Of a stretch of 64,000 nt of DNA, positions 23,087-35,177 are shown one piece after another. How positions within the stretch are numbered: the first letter of the stretch is position 1; every line of letters starts with the position of its first letter. A program made the position numbers and the translations under genes. This DNA is from an uncultured Streptococcus sp. (GTDB taxonomy: Bacteria; Bacillota; Bacilli; Lactobacillales; Streptococcaceae): positions 11,400-75,399 of the forward strand of contig CAUSWL010000002.1 of assembly GCA_963535345.1 (NCBI GenBank). The letters are read 5' to 3'. The notes below the pieces were generated by a model that was not told the origin of the DNA, made no database searches, and saw only the letters and a program-made list of their open reading frames with translations.

Positions 23087-24889
23087 TTAAGATAGTCCCA
23101 ATTTTTCAACAAGGGCTTCAAACTCGTTCAAGCGGCGTTCAAAGACTGCAAAGGCATCGTTGAGATAGTCTTCCTTCTCCATATCCACTCCCGCTTTTCT
23201 CATAACATTGAGCGGATAGTCTGACTTACCTGCCTTGAGGTAGTCGATATAGCGGTCACGGTCTTCTTGACTACCATGGACAATCTTTTCAGCTAAGGCT
23301 GAAGCAGCTGCAAAACCAGTTGAATATTGATAAACATAGTAGTTATAGTAGAAATGTGGAATACGTGCCCACTCGTATTGGATCTGAGGATTGTCCTCCT
23401 TGCTGAGTCCATAGTACTCCTGGTTCAAGTCAGCGTAGAGTTTATTGAGGAAATCACTTGTCAAGACTTCTCCATTTTGGTCTGCTTGGTGGATGGCGTG
23501 TTCAAACTCAGCGAATTGAGTTTGACGGAAGACTGTTCCACGGAAACCGTCTAGGAAGTTATTGAGAATAGCAAAGCGAGTTGCATCGTCTTCTACTTCT
23601 TCCAACAATTTCTCTGTCAAGATATTTTCGTTAGTCGTTGAGGCAATCTCAGCCAAGAAGATAGAATAATCTCCGTAAACATAAGGTTGGGTTTCACGAG
23701 TATAGCTAGAGTGCATACTGTGACCTGTTTCATGGACAAGGGTAAAGAGATTGTCTAGATTGTCCTGCCAGTTGAGAAGCATAAAGGCATTGGTATCGTA
23801 TGATCCACCAGAGTAGGCACCAGAACGCTTGCCTTGATTTTCATAGACATCAATCCAACGCTCGCTGAAGGCACGTTTGACACGGCTCAAGTAGTCGTCA
23901 CCTAAAACCGCCAAGGCTTCTTCTGCCTTTTTCAAGGCTTCCTCGTAGGTAAAGCTATAATCTACTGACGATAGCGGTGTGTAGACATCGTACATCTTGA
24001 GGTCGGAAATACCCAAGATTTTAGAACGAAGTTCTAGGTAACGATGCAAAAGTGGCAAGTGCTTGCGAACTGCTGCAACTAGATTGTCATAGACACTTTC
24101 TGGAACAAAGTTTGCTGCGAGAGCTGCATGGCGAGCACTCTTATAGTTGCGAACTTTGGCACGGTAGTTTTGCACCTTAACATTTGTCTGCAAGGTCTTA
24201 GCATAAGTGTGTTGGAATTGCTCGTAAGTCGCATAAAGGGCTTCATAGGCACCACGACGCACTTCACGGTTTTTAGACTCCATCAAGCGGATGTAAGTAC
24301 CGTGTGAGAGTTGCACTTCCTTGCCTTCGTCATCAAGGACATATGGGAAGCTAATATCCGCATTGTCCAAAATAGCGAAAGTTTCACTAGCAGCGCCAAA
24401 GATCTCTCCTGCTCCAGCAAGCAATTCTTCCTCACGTTGCGAAAGAACATGGTCTTTCTTCTGCAAGAGCTTGTCAAAAAAGTGTTTGTAAACTTGGAGT
24501 TTTGGTTGAGCTTCTAGGAAGACCGCATACTGCTCTTCGCTAATCTCCATAAACTCAGGTTCATAGAATGAAAAGGCTTGTTCTAACTGACTGTATAGGG
24601 TCATTGCCTTAGCATAGTACTCTTGATACTTGGCTTCACGCGTGTCCTGGTCATTTTTCATATGCGCATAGACATAAAGCTTTTCAACTTGGCGTTCCAA
24701 GTCAAGTGAAAATTCTGTAATCTCAAGTAGACTGTCTGCGCTATCCAAGAGATGTCCCTCATACTGAGATGCTGTTTGTACTTTTTCAGTTAAATCTTTC
24801 AAGGCTTCTTCCCAAGCCTGGTCTGTTGGGTAGATTGTCGAAAGATCCCATGTATCTTTTTCAATTATTTCATGTCGTTGTAATACCAT
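23087..24889 (-). CDS. pepF: Oligoendopeptidase F (M3B)
   Basis: [21 protein letters not shown] and WARIPHFY motifs. Confidence 0.96.
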   Translation of the reverse strand: MVLQRHEIIEKDTWDLSTIYPTDQAWEEALKDLTEKVQTASQYEGHLLDSADSLLEITEFSLDLERQVEKLYVYAHMKNDQDTREAKYQEYYAKAMTLYSQLEQAFSFYEPEFMEISEEQYAVFLEAQPKLQVYKHFFDKLLQKKDHVLSQREEELLAGAGEIFGAASETFAILDNADISFPYVLDDEGKEVQLSHGTYIRLMESKNREVRRGAYEALYATYEQFQHTYAKTLQTNVKVQNYRAKVRNYKSARHAALAANFVPESVYDNLVAAVRKHLPLLHRYLELRSKILGISDLKMYDVYTPLSSVDYSFTYEEALKKAEEALAVLGDDYLSRVKRAFSERWIDVYENQGKRSGAYSGGSYDTNAFMLLNWQDNLDNLFTLVHETGHSMHSSYTRETQPYVYGDYSIFLAEIASTTNENILTEKLLEEVEDDATRFAILNNFLDGFRGTVFRQTQFAEFEHAIHQADQNGEVLTSDFLNKLYADLNQEYYGLSKEDNPQIQYEWARIPHFYYNYYVYQYSTGFAAASALAEKIVHGSQEDRDRYIDYLKAGKSDYPLNVMRKAGVDMEKEDYLNDAFAVFERRLNEFEALVEKLGLS

Positions 24890-24907
24890 AAGTTTCCTCC
24901 ATCCTTT

Positions 24908-25864
24908 CTATTTTACCATATTTTTTGAGAAATATAAGTGATAAAAGGCTGGTGGGTAGAGCTTTTGGCGATTATTTTTCGGATTTTTTTGATAGTAGGC
25001 CTGAAAATTTCTATAATAGCTAGTCAAATCCGTTTCAATCTGCAAAAAATCTCCTGGTTCTATCGGCTTGACTTGAGGATACCAGTCGTCTAGTTGACGG
25101 TTTAATAGATTGTCTCCTTGATGATAGGCCTCTTCTTGCTTCTTCATCCAGTAAGGCGTTTGGTAGTACAACTGTTGACGAATGTAGTGACAGATAGTTG
25201 GATCTTGAGAAACTGTAAAACTAGCTAGCTTTTGTTTTTGATAAGGAAATCGTAGAATTTCCAAGAGATTTCCTTGACCATAGGGAAATTCTTTGACCTG
25301 AAAATGAAGCTTGCCACGTAGGTCCTGATGCAGAAGATATTTGAGTCTCAAAACTTGCTTTTTGAGATCCAGTTCCCAAGCATAGAATCCCATATTTTGA
25401 CTAAAATAGAGAAATCCCCTTTGCAGTTGTGTTAATCGATCCTTTAACCAGAGTTTCTCTCCCAGTAGCCAGATAACCTGATAGCCCTGGCTGCGGTATC
25501 CTTGACTTCTATGACCTAAAAGCTTTTGAGACAAGGGACTGCACTGAACCTCCAGTGCTAGTTTCCCATTGACGAGAACATCCGCAACCTGCTGGATCCC
25601 GGGCAGACTATATTCTAAGGCGACTTGATTGTCCTTCTTGACCCAATGATAAAGAGCCTCTTTATTTCCCAAGTGTTCTGGACTTTCATTCTCGAATATA
25701 GCGATGCAATCTCTTAACCTTTCATGGGCAAAGTGCGTTCGAATGCTCTGTCCTTGGCGTAACCGTAGTCCGCCTCCACAGGCTGGACAAGTATAAGCTT
25801 GCTTGGTCACATCTTTTTCGAGGGCATTTACCAATTTTCCCTTGGCATCTCTGGCTACAAACAT
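24908..25864 (-). CDS. coiA: Competence protein CoiA
   Basis: CPAC..HFAH, ESPEH, ADVL..ALEVQCS motifs; upstream of pepF. Confidence 0.93.
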   Translation of the reverse strand: MFVARDAKGKLVNALEKDVTKQAYTCPACGGGLRLRQGQSIRTHFAHERLRDCIAIFENESPEHLGNKEALYHWVKKDNQVALEYSLPGIQQVADVLVNGKLALEVQCSPLSQKLLGHRSQGYRSQGYQVIWLLGEKLWLKDRLTQLQRGFLYFSQNMGFYAWELDLKKQVLRLKYLLHQDLRGKLHFQVKEFPYGQGNLLEILRFPYQKQKLASFTVSQDPTICHYIRQQLYYQTPYWMKKQEEAYHQGDNLLNRQLDDWYPQVKPIEPGDFLQIETDLTSYYRNFQAYYQKNPKNNRQKLYPPAFYHLYFSKNMVK

Positions 25865-25885
25865 GGTCTACCTCCTTTTCTCATT

Positions 25886-25910
25886 TATTCGAAAAAGAAC
25901 TAAAAAAGAC
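25886..25910 (-). promoter_or_regulatory. ComX (CIN) box of coiA
   Basis: TTCGAATA (25893-25886; consensus TACGAATA) preceded by a T-rich tract. Confidence 0.75.
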
Positions 25911-25940
25911 TGGAATTCCATCCTTTCATAATACTATTTC

Positions 25941-27089
25941 TTATCTTTTTTGTCTCTTAGAATATTTTTTTAGCATGGGAATGAGATTGGAAATCTGATC
26001 ACTTCTAATGACCAGCACGCCGTATTCTTGGCAGCGATTGGCATAAACAGGATTGATTTTCCCCGTACAGACAATTAACTTGAGGCAACTTTCCCCGGCA
26101 AAATGATTGGCATAGACTTCTAGTTCATTGATGGCTTCAACTGATAAATCTGTCATCTTGCAGGAGATAAAGGTAATTGAGCGCCCCTTTCTCAGAATGA
26201 CATCAATCTCATTTTGAACATTGTCTGCCTCTGGAAAGATGCCATTCCAATCAATCTCACCACCTATCATGCACTCATCAAACAGCTGCGATTCCAGCGC
26301 CAAGAGATAAAGATACACCTCTAAAATATGCCCCTTGTTGCGGCAAAAAACTTGAGCTTCTTGACTTGGAAAGCTGTATGCTACTCGTTTCTTGTCTTCG
26401 CTTTCAATACAAAGCATTCCTGCTTCCACAAGTAAAGGAATAAGGGATTTTGGATAGTGATAATACCTGCCATTGTTTTCCAGTATCTTTTCTGTCTCAG
26501 CATGCAGGTCATTGGTCTTAGCTAGAGAGAAAAATTGGGTCACTTGATACCAGTGAGCAGGATTGGAAATAGCAGAGCTGGCTAGCTTTTTGATGGCTGC
26601 AATTTGCTGAGCTGAGTGGATAGGGCGTTTTGATTTGAGCATTTTTCCGCCACGCAAGGCGATCAGCTGTTGGATGCTTAGGGTTGGAATGTCTAGGTCT
26701 TCTTTTTCTAACTGACCAGCCACCCACTTGTATTGTTTTCCTCGTTCGACATCCATGGCTACGATGGGGAGGTGGCGATCCAAGCCGTATTGATAGAGAG
26801 ATAAGGCTAGTAGCGAATCCCCACCAAAAACATCAAGAAGAACCTGGTCATAGCCTGCTAGACAATAATCTAACTGGTCTGCTAGTTGTTCTAAGGATAA
26901 CTGACGAAAGGTCACTCGTTGAATATGAGGTACCTCTTCCATGATAAACTGACGGAGAGAGAGCTTCTCTTCATTGCTTATTTTCGTCAAAGATAGAAAA
27001 AGAATCTCGTCACAATCACTGATAAAGGCTTGGTAGACATTCTTTTCCAATACATGCCGATCATACAGTTCCACCAAAAGACTCGTCAT
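25941..27089 (-). CDS. DUF1887 / Card1-Can2-like CARF + PD-(D/E)xK nuclease protein (382 aa)
   Basis: N-terminal Rossmann-like segment with LLDVFGGDS; C-terminal GHILE...NEIDVI...FISCK. Start at the ATG after GGAGG; own TG-TATACT promoter at 27177-27169. Confidence 0.7.
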   Translation of the reverse strand: MTSLLVELYDRHVLEKNVYQAFISDCDEILFLSLTKISNEEKLSLRQFIMEEVPHIQRVTFRQLSLEQLADQLDYCLAGYDQVLLDVFGGDSLLALSLYQYGLDRHLPIVAMDVERGKQYKWVAGQLEKEDLDIPTLSIQQLIALRGGKMLKSKRPIHSAQQIAAIKKLASSAISNPAHWYQVTQFFSLAKTNDLHAETEKILENNGRYYHYPKSLIPLLVEAGMLCIESEDKKRVAYSFPSQEAQVFCRNKGHILEVYLYLLALESQLFDECMIGGEIDWNGIFPEADNVQNEIDVILRKGRSITFISCKMTDLSVEAINELEVYANHFAGESCLKLIVCTGKINPVYANRCQEYGVLVIRSDQISNLIPMLKKYSKRQKR

Positions 27090-27266
27090 TCGACCACCTC
27101 CATCATAAAGACTTTCTTGCACTGAGAGTATCAGCAACACAGTTCTACTACTTTGATTTCCTACTTCTAGTATAGCATAAATTCCCGCTCGTCCCAATCA
27201 ACCAACGCAAACAAAAACGAATAGAAACCTTGCAAATCGGTTACTATTCGCTTGTATATGTTTGAT

Positions 27267-28127
27267 TTACTTGATCTTTTTAGCTAACATAGTCGCAAAG
27301 CGTAGTTGAATGCGATTGCCATTTTCATCACGACGGTGCAGATGTCCTGGATTTTCATTGTACTTAATCAATTCCCAATCCTTGTAATAGTCGGCCAACT
27401 CTCCTTCTTTAAAGGTAAATGGGAAGTTAACCGAGCAAGGATAATCCTCTGTATCCATGGCACAGACGATAAGGTTATAGCCACCGACCGTGGTGTGCTC
27501 CTGCATATTTTGGATAATAGCTGGAATGCGGTCCGCTTGTAGGAACATCAGAACAACTGTCGATACGATGAAATCATAGTCTTGGCTAATGCTGGCTGAA
27601 TTGATATCATAAAGTCCGACAGGCATGTCTAGATCCTCTTGCTCTACGATGCTTTGCAAGATTTCAAGGGACAATTCATTTTGGTCCACAGCTGTCACAT
27701 CAAAACCATTCTGTGCGAGAAAGAGAGAGTTACGCCCCTGACCACAACCCAAATCCAAGGCTCTTCCAGGTTTCACGGTCTGTACAGCTTCTAAAACCTC
27801 CGAATGAACTGGATTGCTACTGTATTTCTTAGGGAAATAATCCTCTGCTTTACAATAAAATTCCAAGTACCATTCCACATCATCTGTGGCAGCTTCTACT
27901 CTGTGCCAGGCTTGCGGTTGAGCCATAGGATTATCAGCACCCGCTTCAAAGAGGTGCTCAGCAAGAACCTCACCATCTTCAGTCAACTCAATAAACTTGA
28001 GTGCCCCCTTCAAGACAGTAATTTTTCCCCAAGTGCCGACTTTAGTATTGTGCTTTTGCTGAACAGCTTCAGGCATGGTTTGTTTATTCCACAAGGGCAT
28101 CCGTTTATAGGCAATTAATTTTTCCAT
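27267..28127 (-). CDS. tehB: SAM-dependent methyltransferase TehB with N-terminal DUF1971 domain
   Basis: [11 protein letters not shown] and [10 protein letters not shown] motifs. Confidence 0.93.
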   Translation of the reverse strand: MEKLIAYKRMPLWNKQTMPEAVQQKHNTKVGTWGKITVLKGALKFIELTEDGEVLAEHLFEAGADNPMAQPQAWHRVEAATDDVEWYLEFYCKAEDYFPKKYSSNPVHSEVLEAVQTVKPGRALDLGCGQGRNSLFLAQNGFDVTAVDQNELSLEILQSIVEQEDLDMPVGLYDINSASISQDYDFIVSTVVLMFLQADRIPAIIQNMQEHTTVGGYNLIVCAMDTEDYPCSVNFPFTFKEGELADYYKDWELIKYNENPGHLHRRDENGNRIQLRFATMLAKKIK

Positions 28128-28141
28128 TTTACTTCCTCTTC

Positions 28142-28609
28142 TTAACGCTGGTTGACAGCTTTCATCACACGCGCGATGTCGCGGTTTTGTTCACGTCGCT
28201 TGATCGACTCCCGTTTGTCATAGTCATGCTTCCCTTTAGCAAGTCCTAAAAGGAGTTTAGCGTAGCCATCTTTGATATAGACTTTGAGGGGAACAAGGGT
28301 CATTCCTGTCCCTTTGGTCTCTTGTTCCAATTTTTGAATTTGCTTCTTATGGAGCAGAAGTTTACGACGACGTTCTGGTTCCTGGTTCCAGATATTGCCC
28401 TCTTCGTAAGGGGCGATATGAACATTGCTCAGCCAGACTTCCCCATTTTTTACTTGGGCAAAGCCGTCCTTGAGATTGATTCGAGCAGCTCGAACGCTCT
28501 TGATTTCAGTTCCGGTCAGGACCATTCCTGTCTCTAGCGTATCTATGATTGTATAGTCGTGGTGCGCCTTTTTATTTTGTGCGACGACCTTTCCCTCGCC
28601 CTTTGCCAT
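28142..28609 (-). CDS. smpB: SsrA-binding protein
   Basis: [20 protein letters not shown] and DKRESIK motifs. Confidence 0.98.
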   Translation of the reverse strand: MAKGEGKVVAQNKKAHHDYTIIDTLETGMVLTGTEIKSVRAARINLKDGFAQVKNGEVWLSNVHIAPYEEGNIWNQEPERRRKLLLHKKQIQKLEQETKGTGMTLVPLKVYIKDGYAKLLLGLAKGKHDYDKRESIKRREQNRDIARVMKAVNQR

Positions 28610-30926
28610 GCTTGACTCCTTTCTTAGCTACTTCTTTGTAAAAAGGTTTCTTCCCCTTTTTCTTCTTGTCTTTTTGTGAATGCTTGTGCTTATCATTTGA
28701 GCGCCCTGATTTTCTCTTATCTTCCTTCTTGTCTGAACGGCGATTTGAACCACGACCTCTGTCTTTGCGCCCAGCTTGTTTCAAGCCTTTTTCGATAACA
28801 TCAAACTCACTTGGGATATAGGAGAAATCAATCTCACCTGTCATCTTATCCGCTCTTTCAACCCGAATGCGAATCTGCTGCCCTACACGGAAGGTTGTGC
28901 CTGATTTCTCCCCACGGAGAGTCAAGTCACGCTCGTTGAAATGATAAAATTCGGGCAAATTAGTAATGTGAATCAAGCCTTCAACTGTATTTGGCAATTC
29001 GACAAAGAGACCAAACTTGACAATGCTGGATACAACTGCGTCGTACTCTTCACCCACGTATTCTTCCATGTACTCAGCCTTTTTCATGGCTTCGACTTCA
29101 CGCTCCGCCTCGATGGCACGACGCTCACGGTTGGAAGACTGGGTTGCAATCTCTGGAATCACTTGTTCAAAATGCTCTGCTATTTCCTTAGAACGGCCGT
29201 AATCCCGAATCATTCGATGGACTAGAAGGTCCGGATAACGGCGAATAGGGCTGGTGAAGTGAGTGTAGTAGTCTGCAGCAAGACCATAGTGACCGTGATT
29301 GTGCTCTGAATAGCGAGCCTGTTGCATAGAACGGAGAAGCATCATGGACAATACATCTGCATAAGGTTCTCCCTCAACAGCACGCATGATGTCTTGAAGC
29401 GCCTCCTGGCTCATCTCACTGGCAGTTCCATAAATTCGTAAACCAAAACTAGAGGCGTAATCAATAAACTTCTGAACTTTTTCAGCCTTGGGCTCCTCGT
29501 GAATTCGATAGATGAAAGGTAGATCCAACTTGCTAAAGTGCTCGGCAACCGTTTCATTAGCAATCAACATGAAGGACTCAATCATCCGCTCAGCAATACC
29601 ACGTTGGCGAAGAACGATATCCACAGGCTTGCCTTTTTTATCCACCAAGATCTTAGCTTCGCTGGTATCAAAGTTAAGGGCACCACGCTTCTCACGCATG
29701 CTTTCTAGCCTTTCATGAAGCTTGGCCATTAACTCGATACTAGGAACAATTTTCTGATACTCTTGTCTTTTTTCCTCGTCGCCAGCTAAGATATCATTGA
29801 CAGCGCTATAGGTCATACGGAAACTAGTCTTGATAACAGTTTGGGTAATGGTGTAATGAACCACACGACCGTGTTTATCAATTTCCATAATGGCAGACTG
29901 GGTCAAGCGATCGACTTGAGGATTGAGGGAGCAGATACCATTTGACAAACGCTCTGGAAGCATTGGTACCACTCGGTCTGTTACATAGACAGAAGTCGCG
30001 CGGTTAAGGGCTTCCTTGTCCAGGGCAGACCCCTCAGTCACGTAGTAGGAAACATCTGCGATGTGAACTCCCAGTTCCATATTGCCATTTTTCAAAGGCT
30101 TAATGTGAACTGCGTCGTCCAAGTCCTTGGCATCCGCGCCGTCAATGGTAAAGGTAAGCTCATCTCTTAAATCAAGACGACCTTCCATATCCTTTTGAGA
30201 CGGAGCATCTGGTACACTTTCTGCCTCCTTGAGAACAGCTTCTGGAAATTCTGAAACAATATCCATGGATTCCAAGACTTCAAGAACGTCAATCCCAGCA
30301 TCAGTCGAGTGCCCCACCACATCAAGGACACTAGCAACAAAGAAATCATGTTTCTTACTTGGGTATTTGTCGATAAAGACCTTGAGAACTTCAGTACCTT
30401 CCAACTTGATAGCCGGTTTCTTCACATAGATGGGTTGGCTGATTTTCTGATTTTTTGAACGGATGTAGCCCGCATACTTGGGCTTTTCCTGATCCAAAAC
30501 GATTTGCCCGACAACTGTCGTCAGGCTATGCTCTAAGATATCGATAATTTTTGCTTCTGCAGCAGTTCCCTTGTTGCGGTCAGCAACTTTCTTGATGACC
30601 ACTTCAACGGTATCGCCATCAATGGCATAGTTGACATCATTTTTCCCTACAAAAAGATCGTCCTCTTCGCCTTCTAGACTGACAAAGCCAAAGCCGTTTT
30701 TATGGGCATGAAAAATCCCTTTGAGGGTAATTTCATGTTTCTTCTTTTGGTCCAGACATAAACTACCATCATCTTCAAAACGAATCTGGTGCTTTCTTTC
30801 CATCAGAGACAGGGTTTTAATCAACTCACGGAAATCCTTGGACCCATCCTTTCCGAGAGCCTGAGCTAGATCATTTACCGTCACTCGCCCCTTCTCTTGT
30901 AAATATTCTTTAATTTTATCTTTCAT
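28572..30926 (-). CDS. rnr: Ribonuclease R
   Basis: [25 protein letters not shown]1 domain and basic tail. Confidence 0.98.
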   Translation of the reverse strand: MKDKIKEYLQEKGRVTVNDLAQALGKDGSKDFRELIKTLSLMERKHQIRFEDDGSLCLDQKKKHEITLKGIFHAHKNGFGFVSLEGEEDDLFVGKNDVNYAIDGDTVEVVIKKVADRNKGTAAEAKIIDILEHSLTTVVGQIVLDQEKPKYAGYIRSKNQKISQPIYVKKPAIKLEGTEVLKVFIDKYPSKKHDFFVASVLDVVGHSTDAGIDVLEVLESMDIVSEFPEAVLKEAESVPDAPSQKDMEGRLDLRDELTFTIDGADAKDLDDAVHIKPLKNGNMELGVHIADVSYYVTEGSALDKEALNRATSVYVTDRVVPMLPERLSNGICSLNPQVDRLTQSAIMEIDKHGRVVHYTITQTVIKTSFRMTYSAVNDILAGDEEKRQEYQKIVPSIELMAKLHERLESMREKRGALNFDTSEAKILVDKKGKPVDIVLRQRGIAERMIESFMLIANETVAEHFSKLDLPFIYRIHEEPKAEKVQKFIDYASSFGLRIYGTASEMSQEALQDIMRAVEGEPYADVLSMMLLRSMQQARYSEHNHGHYGLAADYYTHFTSPIRRYPDLLVHRMIRDYGRSKEIAEHFEQVIPEIATQSSNRERRAIEAEREVEAMKKAEYMEEYVGEEYDAVVSSIVKFGLFVELPNTVEGLIHITNLPEFYHFNERDLTLRGEKSGTTFRVGQQIRIRVERADKMTGEIDFSYIPSEFDVIEKGLKQAGRKDRGRGSNRRSDKKEDKRKSGRSNDKHKHSQKDKKKKGKKPFYKEVAKKGVKHGKGRGKGRRTK

Positions 30927-30984
30927 GTTTTCTTTCTAGATTTTTTAATTTTCTTTTACTGTAAGACCTTCTCAAACATCATTT

Positions 30985-31137
30985 AATACTCAATAAAAAT
31001 CAAAGAGCAAACTAGAAAGCTAGTCGCAGGTTGCTCAAAATACCGTTTTGAGGTTGTGGATAGAACTGACGAAGTCAGTAACACATATACGACAAGCCGA
31101 CGCTGACGTGGTTTGAATTTGATTTTTGAAGAGTATA
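30985..31137 (+). repeat. Streptococcal BOX element (boxA-boxB-boxC)
   Basis: ATACTC...AAAATCAAAGAGCAAACTAG...GCTCAAAA..TTTTGAGGTTG..ACTGACGAAGTCAG...CTGACGTGGTTTGAA..GATTTT..GAGTAT, with terminal ATACTC/GAGTAT inverted repeat. Confidence 0.92.
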
Positions 31138-31175
31138 AAAATAAAAATAGGCAAAGACCTAGTCCTGCCCATTTC

Positions 31176-31409
31176 TTATCTACTTGATAATACCGTCAAT
31201 GCTAAGGCAATGGCTAGCCAGAAAAAGACTAAAATCCCTGTCAAACGCTGCATTACAGCTTCAAAACCGCGTGCTTTACTGCGTTCAAACAAATCACCTG
31301 AGCTGGCATCAAATACATTGCTGGATTGGTTTTTGGTTGGTTGCATGAAAATCGCAATCACAATCACAACAGATAATACTAATAAAATGGTTAATAATAG
31401 GTTATACAT
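31176..31409 (-). CDS. secG: Preprotein translocase subunit SecG
   Basis: Two TM helices with MQP..LF..KARG; upstream of rnr-smpB. Confidence 0.96.
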   Translation of the reverse strand: MYNLLLTILLVLSVVIVIAIFMQPTKNQSSNVFDASSGDLFERSKARGFEAVMQRLTGILVFFWLAIALALTVLSSR

Positions 31410-31448
31410 ATCAAACTCCTTAAAATCCCTATTATTTTACCATAAATT

Positions 31449-31598
31449 CTACTTAGATTCAAGATGTAAAGTTACTTTTCTTTCCTTTGGACAATATTTT
31501 AACACCTCAATCTTGTCTGGATGGGTTTTGGAGTTCTTACTGGTTAGATAATTCATGCTGCCACAAGAGGAGCACTTGAGATTGATTTTTACTCGCAC
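31449..31598 (-). CDS. rpmG: 50S ribosomal protein L33 (49 aa, GTG start)
   Basis: [49 protein letters not shown], read manually; below the ORF-track cutoff. Confidence 0.93.
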   Translation of the reverse strand: MRVKINLKCSSCGSMNYLTSKNSKTHPDKIEVLKYCPKERKVTLHLESK

Positions 31599-32797
31599 TA
31601 GATTTCCTTTACTTTTAATAATGATCTAAATTGTACTAAGTTGCATAAACAACTGAAAGCTACACAGGCTGCTGTCGCATAAAAGACAGCATGGTAGCCC
31701 AAATATCCTGCAACTGCGGATCCCGCCATAGGTCCAATCACTCCACCGAGGTAAAAAAAGACTTGGTTGAAAGCGAAAATCCTTGAAATACCTGATTTTG
31801 GAGTCATTTTGCTGAGAAGGGCATTGACTCCTGGTATGAGAGCTCCCGTTCCCAAACCAAAGAGAAAACGATACAAGCCAAGTTGAAGGGGGCTGGTTGC
31901 ATGGGCACAAAGAAGGTAAATGATGACGGAATAAATCTGCGCCGCGACCAACAATCTATGATTCCCTACCTTATCGCCAAGTTTTCCTAGAATTCCAGCA
32001 CTCATCATGCTAGAAAATCCCATGCTGGATACGATCAATCCTGATACAAAGAGGAGATTCTCAGTCTGCCCTAAGTCCCGCACATAGAGAGCCAGAATGG
32101 GACCAATTGATTGAGCTGAAAATTGAATGACAAAGCTCGTCAAAAATAGATTCACTAAAAGCCTAGGATACTTGAAAGAAGAAAATACTTCTTTCGTTGG
32201 GATAGCCTTCTCCTTAGCCACTGGCTGAAAATCTTCCTTGATAAAGAAAATGGTTAGGATTGCAGCTAAAAATAAGAAAGAACCTACCAATAAAAAGACA
32301 TTACGAATGCCAAAAATTTCAGCAATAAAGCCTCCAACAAAGGGGCCCGTCAGTGTTCCCGCAACTACACCTGTAGATAGAGTCCCCAGAGCCGCTCCAG
32401 ACTTATCTTTAGGTACCTGACTAGCAATCAAGGCTGTTGCATTGGGGACAAATCCAGTAAATACACCATTAAGCAAGCGCAAAAAGAGTAGCCAATAGAT
32501 ATTTGGCACGAAGGCCAAACCTCCCATGGTAATGGTCATGGCAAGACCTGCTCGAATCATCATGGGCTTTCGTCCATATTTGTCAGCAAGAATACCCCAG
32601 ATGGGAGAAACTAGAGCTGCTGAAACAGCCGAAACTGAGATGGCTAATCCAGCATAGAAAGCAACTTGGTCTCCTTCAATTCCCAACTGCTCTACAAAGA
32701 TAGGCATGAAAGGAACGACCAAGGAAATGCTGGCGCCCGTTAGAAAACTACCGAACCAGGCAACACGAAGATTCTCTTTCCAACTAATCTCTTGCAC
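31598..32797 (-). CDS. pmrA: MFS multidrug efflux transporter PmrA-like
   Basis: [20 protein letters not shown] motif A, ~12 TM; GTG start after GGAGG. Confidence 0.88.
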   Translation of the reverse strand: MQEISWKENLRVAWFGSFLTGASISLVVPFMPIFVEQLGIEGDQVAFYAGLAISVSAVSAALVSPIWGILADKYGRKPMMIRAGLAMTITMGGLAFVPNIYWLLFLRLLNGVFTGFVPNATALIASQVPKDKSGAALGTLSTGVVAGTLTGPFVGGFIAEIFGIRNVFLLVGSFLFLAAILTIFFIKEDFQPVAKEKAIPTKEVFSSFKYPRLLVNLFLTSFVIQFSAQSIGPILALYVRDLGQTENLLFVSGLIVSSMGFSSMMSAGILGKLGDKVGNHRLLVAAQIYSVIIYLLCAHATSPLQLGLYRFLFGLGTGALIPGVNALLSKMTPKSGISRIFAFNQVFFYLGGVIGPMAGSAVAGYLGYHAVFYATAACVAFSCLCNLVQFRSLLKVKEI

Positions 32798-33389
32798 AGC
32801 TATCGCCTCCTTCAAGTAACTTCACTACTTGACTCACAAGCTGATCACGACTGCCATTGTTGTCTAGAACATGACTCGCCAATTTTTTCTTTTCTTCTAA
32901 AGACCACTGAGCTGCCAGACGCGACTCTGCTACTTCCTTAGAAAGATGATCCCGTTTCATGAAACGTTCCACCTGAACATCTCGATCCACATAGACCAGC
33001 CATGTCTCATCAAACCAGGCACTGTAGTCCTGTTCAAAAAGTAGGGGAATATCCATGAAAAAAATCGTTTCTGTCTGGGCTAACTGGTCTCTCAGTGCAG
33101 CCAATTCCTCACGAATAATCTTTCCTTGGGTTTGCTTAGACCATTCCCGCTCCTCAGGATTTGAAAAGATGAGACTAGCCAGGAGAGGGCGATTGAGTTC
33201 TCCATTTTCAAGTATGATTTCCTGTCCAAAATGCTGGACTAAAACCTGATAAAGACGACCCCCGGGTTTTTGTAGATCATGGACGACTGCATCGGCATCC
33301 ACCGCTTGAAAACCTTTCTCTCTTAGGAAATTTGTTACAGTTGACTTACCAGAGGCAATTCCTCCTGTGATTCCGATGATTTTTCCCAT
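32784..33389 (-). CDS. coaE: Dephospho-CoA kinase
   Basis: GITGGIASGKS and DIPLLFE motifs. Confidence 0.96.
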   Translation of the reverse strand: MGKIIGITGGIASGKSTVTNFLREKGFQAVDADAVVHDLQKPGGRLYQVLVQHFGQEIILENGELNRPLLASLIFSNPEEREWSKQTQGKIIREELAALRDQLAQTETIFFMDIPLLFEQDYSAWFDETWLVYVDRDVQVERFMKRDHLSKEVAESRLAAQWSLEEKKKLASHVLDNNGSRDQLVSQVVKLLEGGDSCARD

Positions 33390-34213
33390 CAGTCCCTCCT
33401 TTGACACTGAGGACAAAAATGAGTTCCTCGTCCACCGAGCTGGAATTTCTCAATCACTGCCCCACAGCGCGAACATGCTTGTCCAGTCTTATCATAGACC
33501 TGATGGAAGTCCTGCATGGTTCCGTCTTCCCCAAAGGCATTGGTATAGGTCCGAATGGTGGAACCGCCCTTTTCAACTGCCTGTCCCAAAACAGCAATGG
33601 TCTGGTCATGAATAGCTGACGCTTCTTCTGCAGTCAAAGTTTGGGAAGGTCTAGCTGGATGAACCTGAGCTCGCCAGAGGACCTCATCCACATAGATATT
33701 ACCTAGACCAGCTACCAAGGTTTGGTCTAGGAGATGAGATTTGATAGGCTTTTTAGACTTGGCTAGGGCAGCTTGAAAGACCTGCAAATCAAAGTCCTGC
33801 TCTCTTGGCTCAGGCCCTAGTTTCTTAGAAATAAAGTAGACATCCAAAAGGTCGGGTGCCAGCAATTCCATTGTACCAAACTTGCGTACATCCTCGTAAA
33901 CAAGCGTACCACCATCCTCAAACTGGAAGAAAACATGAGCATGTTTACGTTCTGGAACTTGGTCTGGATAGAAAAAATACTTTCCCTCCATCCGCAGATG
34001 GGAAATCAAAACCTTGTCTGTTAGGTAAAAAAGCAAATATTTTCCACGGCGCCCCATTGACTCGATAATCTGATCAGGTAATTCCCTTTGAAACTCTTCC
34101 AAATCCGTCTTAATCATCTTGGGATAACGAATTTCTATACTCGAAATCTTCTTTCCCAAAATCAATTTTTCTAAGCCACGACGAACCGTTTCAACCTCAG
34201 GTAATTCAGGCAT
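33389..34213 (-). CDS. mutM: Formamidopyrimidine-DNA glycosylase
   Basis: [20 protein letters not shown] and C-terminal zinc finger. Confidence 0.98.
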   Translation of the reverse strand: MPELPEVETVRRGLEKLILGKKISSIEIRYPKMIKTDLEEFQRELPDQIIESMGRRGKYLLFYLTDKVLISHLRMEGKYFFYPDQVPERKHAHVFFQFEDGGTLVYEDVRKFGTMELLAPDLLDVYFISKKLGPEPREQDFDLQVFQAALAKSKKPIKSHLLDQTLVAGLGNIYVDEVLWRAQVHPARPSQTLTAEEASAIHDQTIAVLGQAVEKGGSTIRTYTNAFGEDGTMQDFHQVYDKTGQACSRCGAVIEKFQLGGRGTHFCPQCQRRD

Positions 34214-34261
34214 AAGTCCTCCTTCTGTAAAAACAAGAAGCAGGCATGAGCCCACCTCTAC

Positions 34262-35161
34262 TTAGTATTCTTTTTCATTATAGCCAAAGTCAGCCAAATC
34301 TAGCTTTTTATCGCGCCAGTTTTTCTTGACCTTGACCCAAGTTTCTAGGAAGACCTTATCTCCTAGCATAAGTTCGATATCACGACGGGCCATGCTACCA
34401 ATTTTCTTAAGCATAGCACCACCTTTACCGATGATAATCCCTTTTTGACTATCACGCTCGACCATGATAGTTGCACGGATGTGAACCTTGTCTGTCTCTT
34501 CATCTCGTTTCATAGAATCCACTACTACTGCAACAGAATGCGGAATCTCTTCACGAGTTAGGTGCAAGACTTTCTCGCGAACCATTTCTGAAACCAAGAA
34601 ACGCTCTGGATGGTCTGTGATTTGATCAGATGGGAAATATTGGAAACCTTCGTCCAGATTTTCACTCAAAATATCCACTAGACGAGAGACGTTATTCCCT
34701 TGAAGAGCTGAGATTGGAACGATTTCCTTAAAGTCCATTTGATTACGAAAATCATCAATCTGAGACAAAAGCTGGTCTGGATGAACCTTATCAATCTTGT
34801 TCACCACCAAAATCACAGGAACCTTGGCAGCCTTAAGACGCTCGATAATCATGTCATCTCCCTTACCACGCGCTTCATCAGCAGGCACCATGAAAAGAAC
34901 AGTATCTACTTCGCGAAGGGTACTGTAGGCAGACTCAACCATGAAATCTCCGAGGGCCGTTTTAGGCTTGTGAATCCCTGGTGTGTCGATAAAGACGATT
35001 TGTTCCTTATCAGTCGTGTAAATTCCCATAATTTTGTTGCGCGTTGTCTGCGCCTTGTCACTCATGATGGCAATCTTTTGCCCCATGACATGATTTAAAA
35101 AAGTTGACTTCCCAACATTGGGACGTCCTAAAATGGCTACAAAGCCTGATTTAAATGTCAT
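34262..35161 (-). CDS. era: GTPase Era
   Basis: [16 protein letters not shown] motifs and KH domain. Confidence 0.98.
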   Translation of the reverse strand: MTFKSGFVAILGRPNVGKSTFLNHVMGQKIAIMSDKAQTTRNKIMGIYTTDKEQIVFIDTPGIHKPKTALGDFMVESAYSTLREVDTVLFMVPADEARGKGDDMIIERLKAAKVPVILVVNKIDKVHPDQLLSQIDDFRNQMDFKEIVPISALQGNNVSRLVDILSENLDEGFQYFPSDQITDHPERFLVSEMVREKVLHLTREEIPHSVAVVVDSMKRDEETDKVHIRATIMVERDSQKGIIIGKGGAMLKKIGSMARRDIELMLGDKVFLETWVKVKKNWRDKKLDLADFGYNEKEY

Positions 35162-35177
35162 AATTTCCTCTTAATCT

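Noticed and set aside
27090..27197. N-terminal extension of the CARF-like ORF (and similar extensions for deoD, GATase, mutM, coaE, pyrD, pavA)
   Set aside because: Extensions run through promoters or upstream genes; downstream ATG/GTG codons with SDs or family-typical N-termini fit better.
28142..28609. tmRNA gene next to smpB
   Set aside because: smpB is followed by tehB after 14 nt; no ssrA-like sequence is visible.
31126..31551. 141-aa plus-strand ORF
   Set aside because: Antisense shadow of secG and rpmG.
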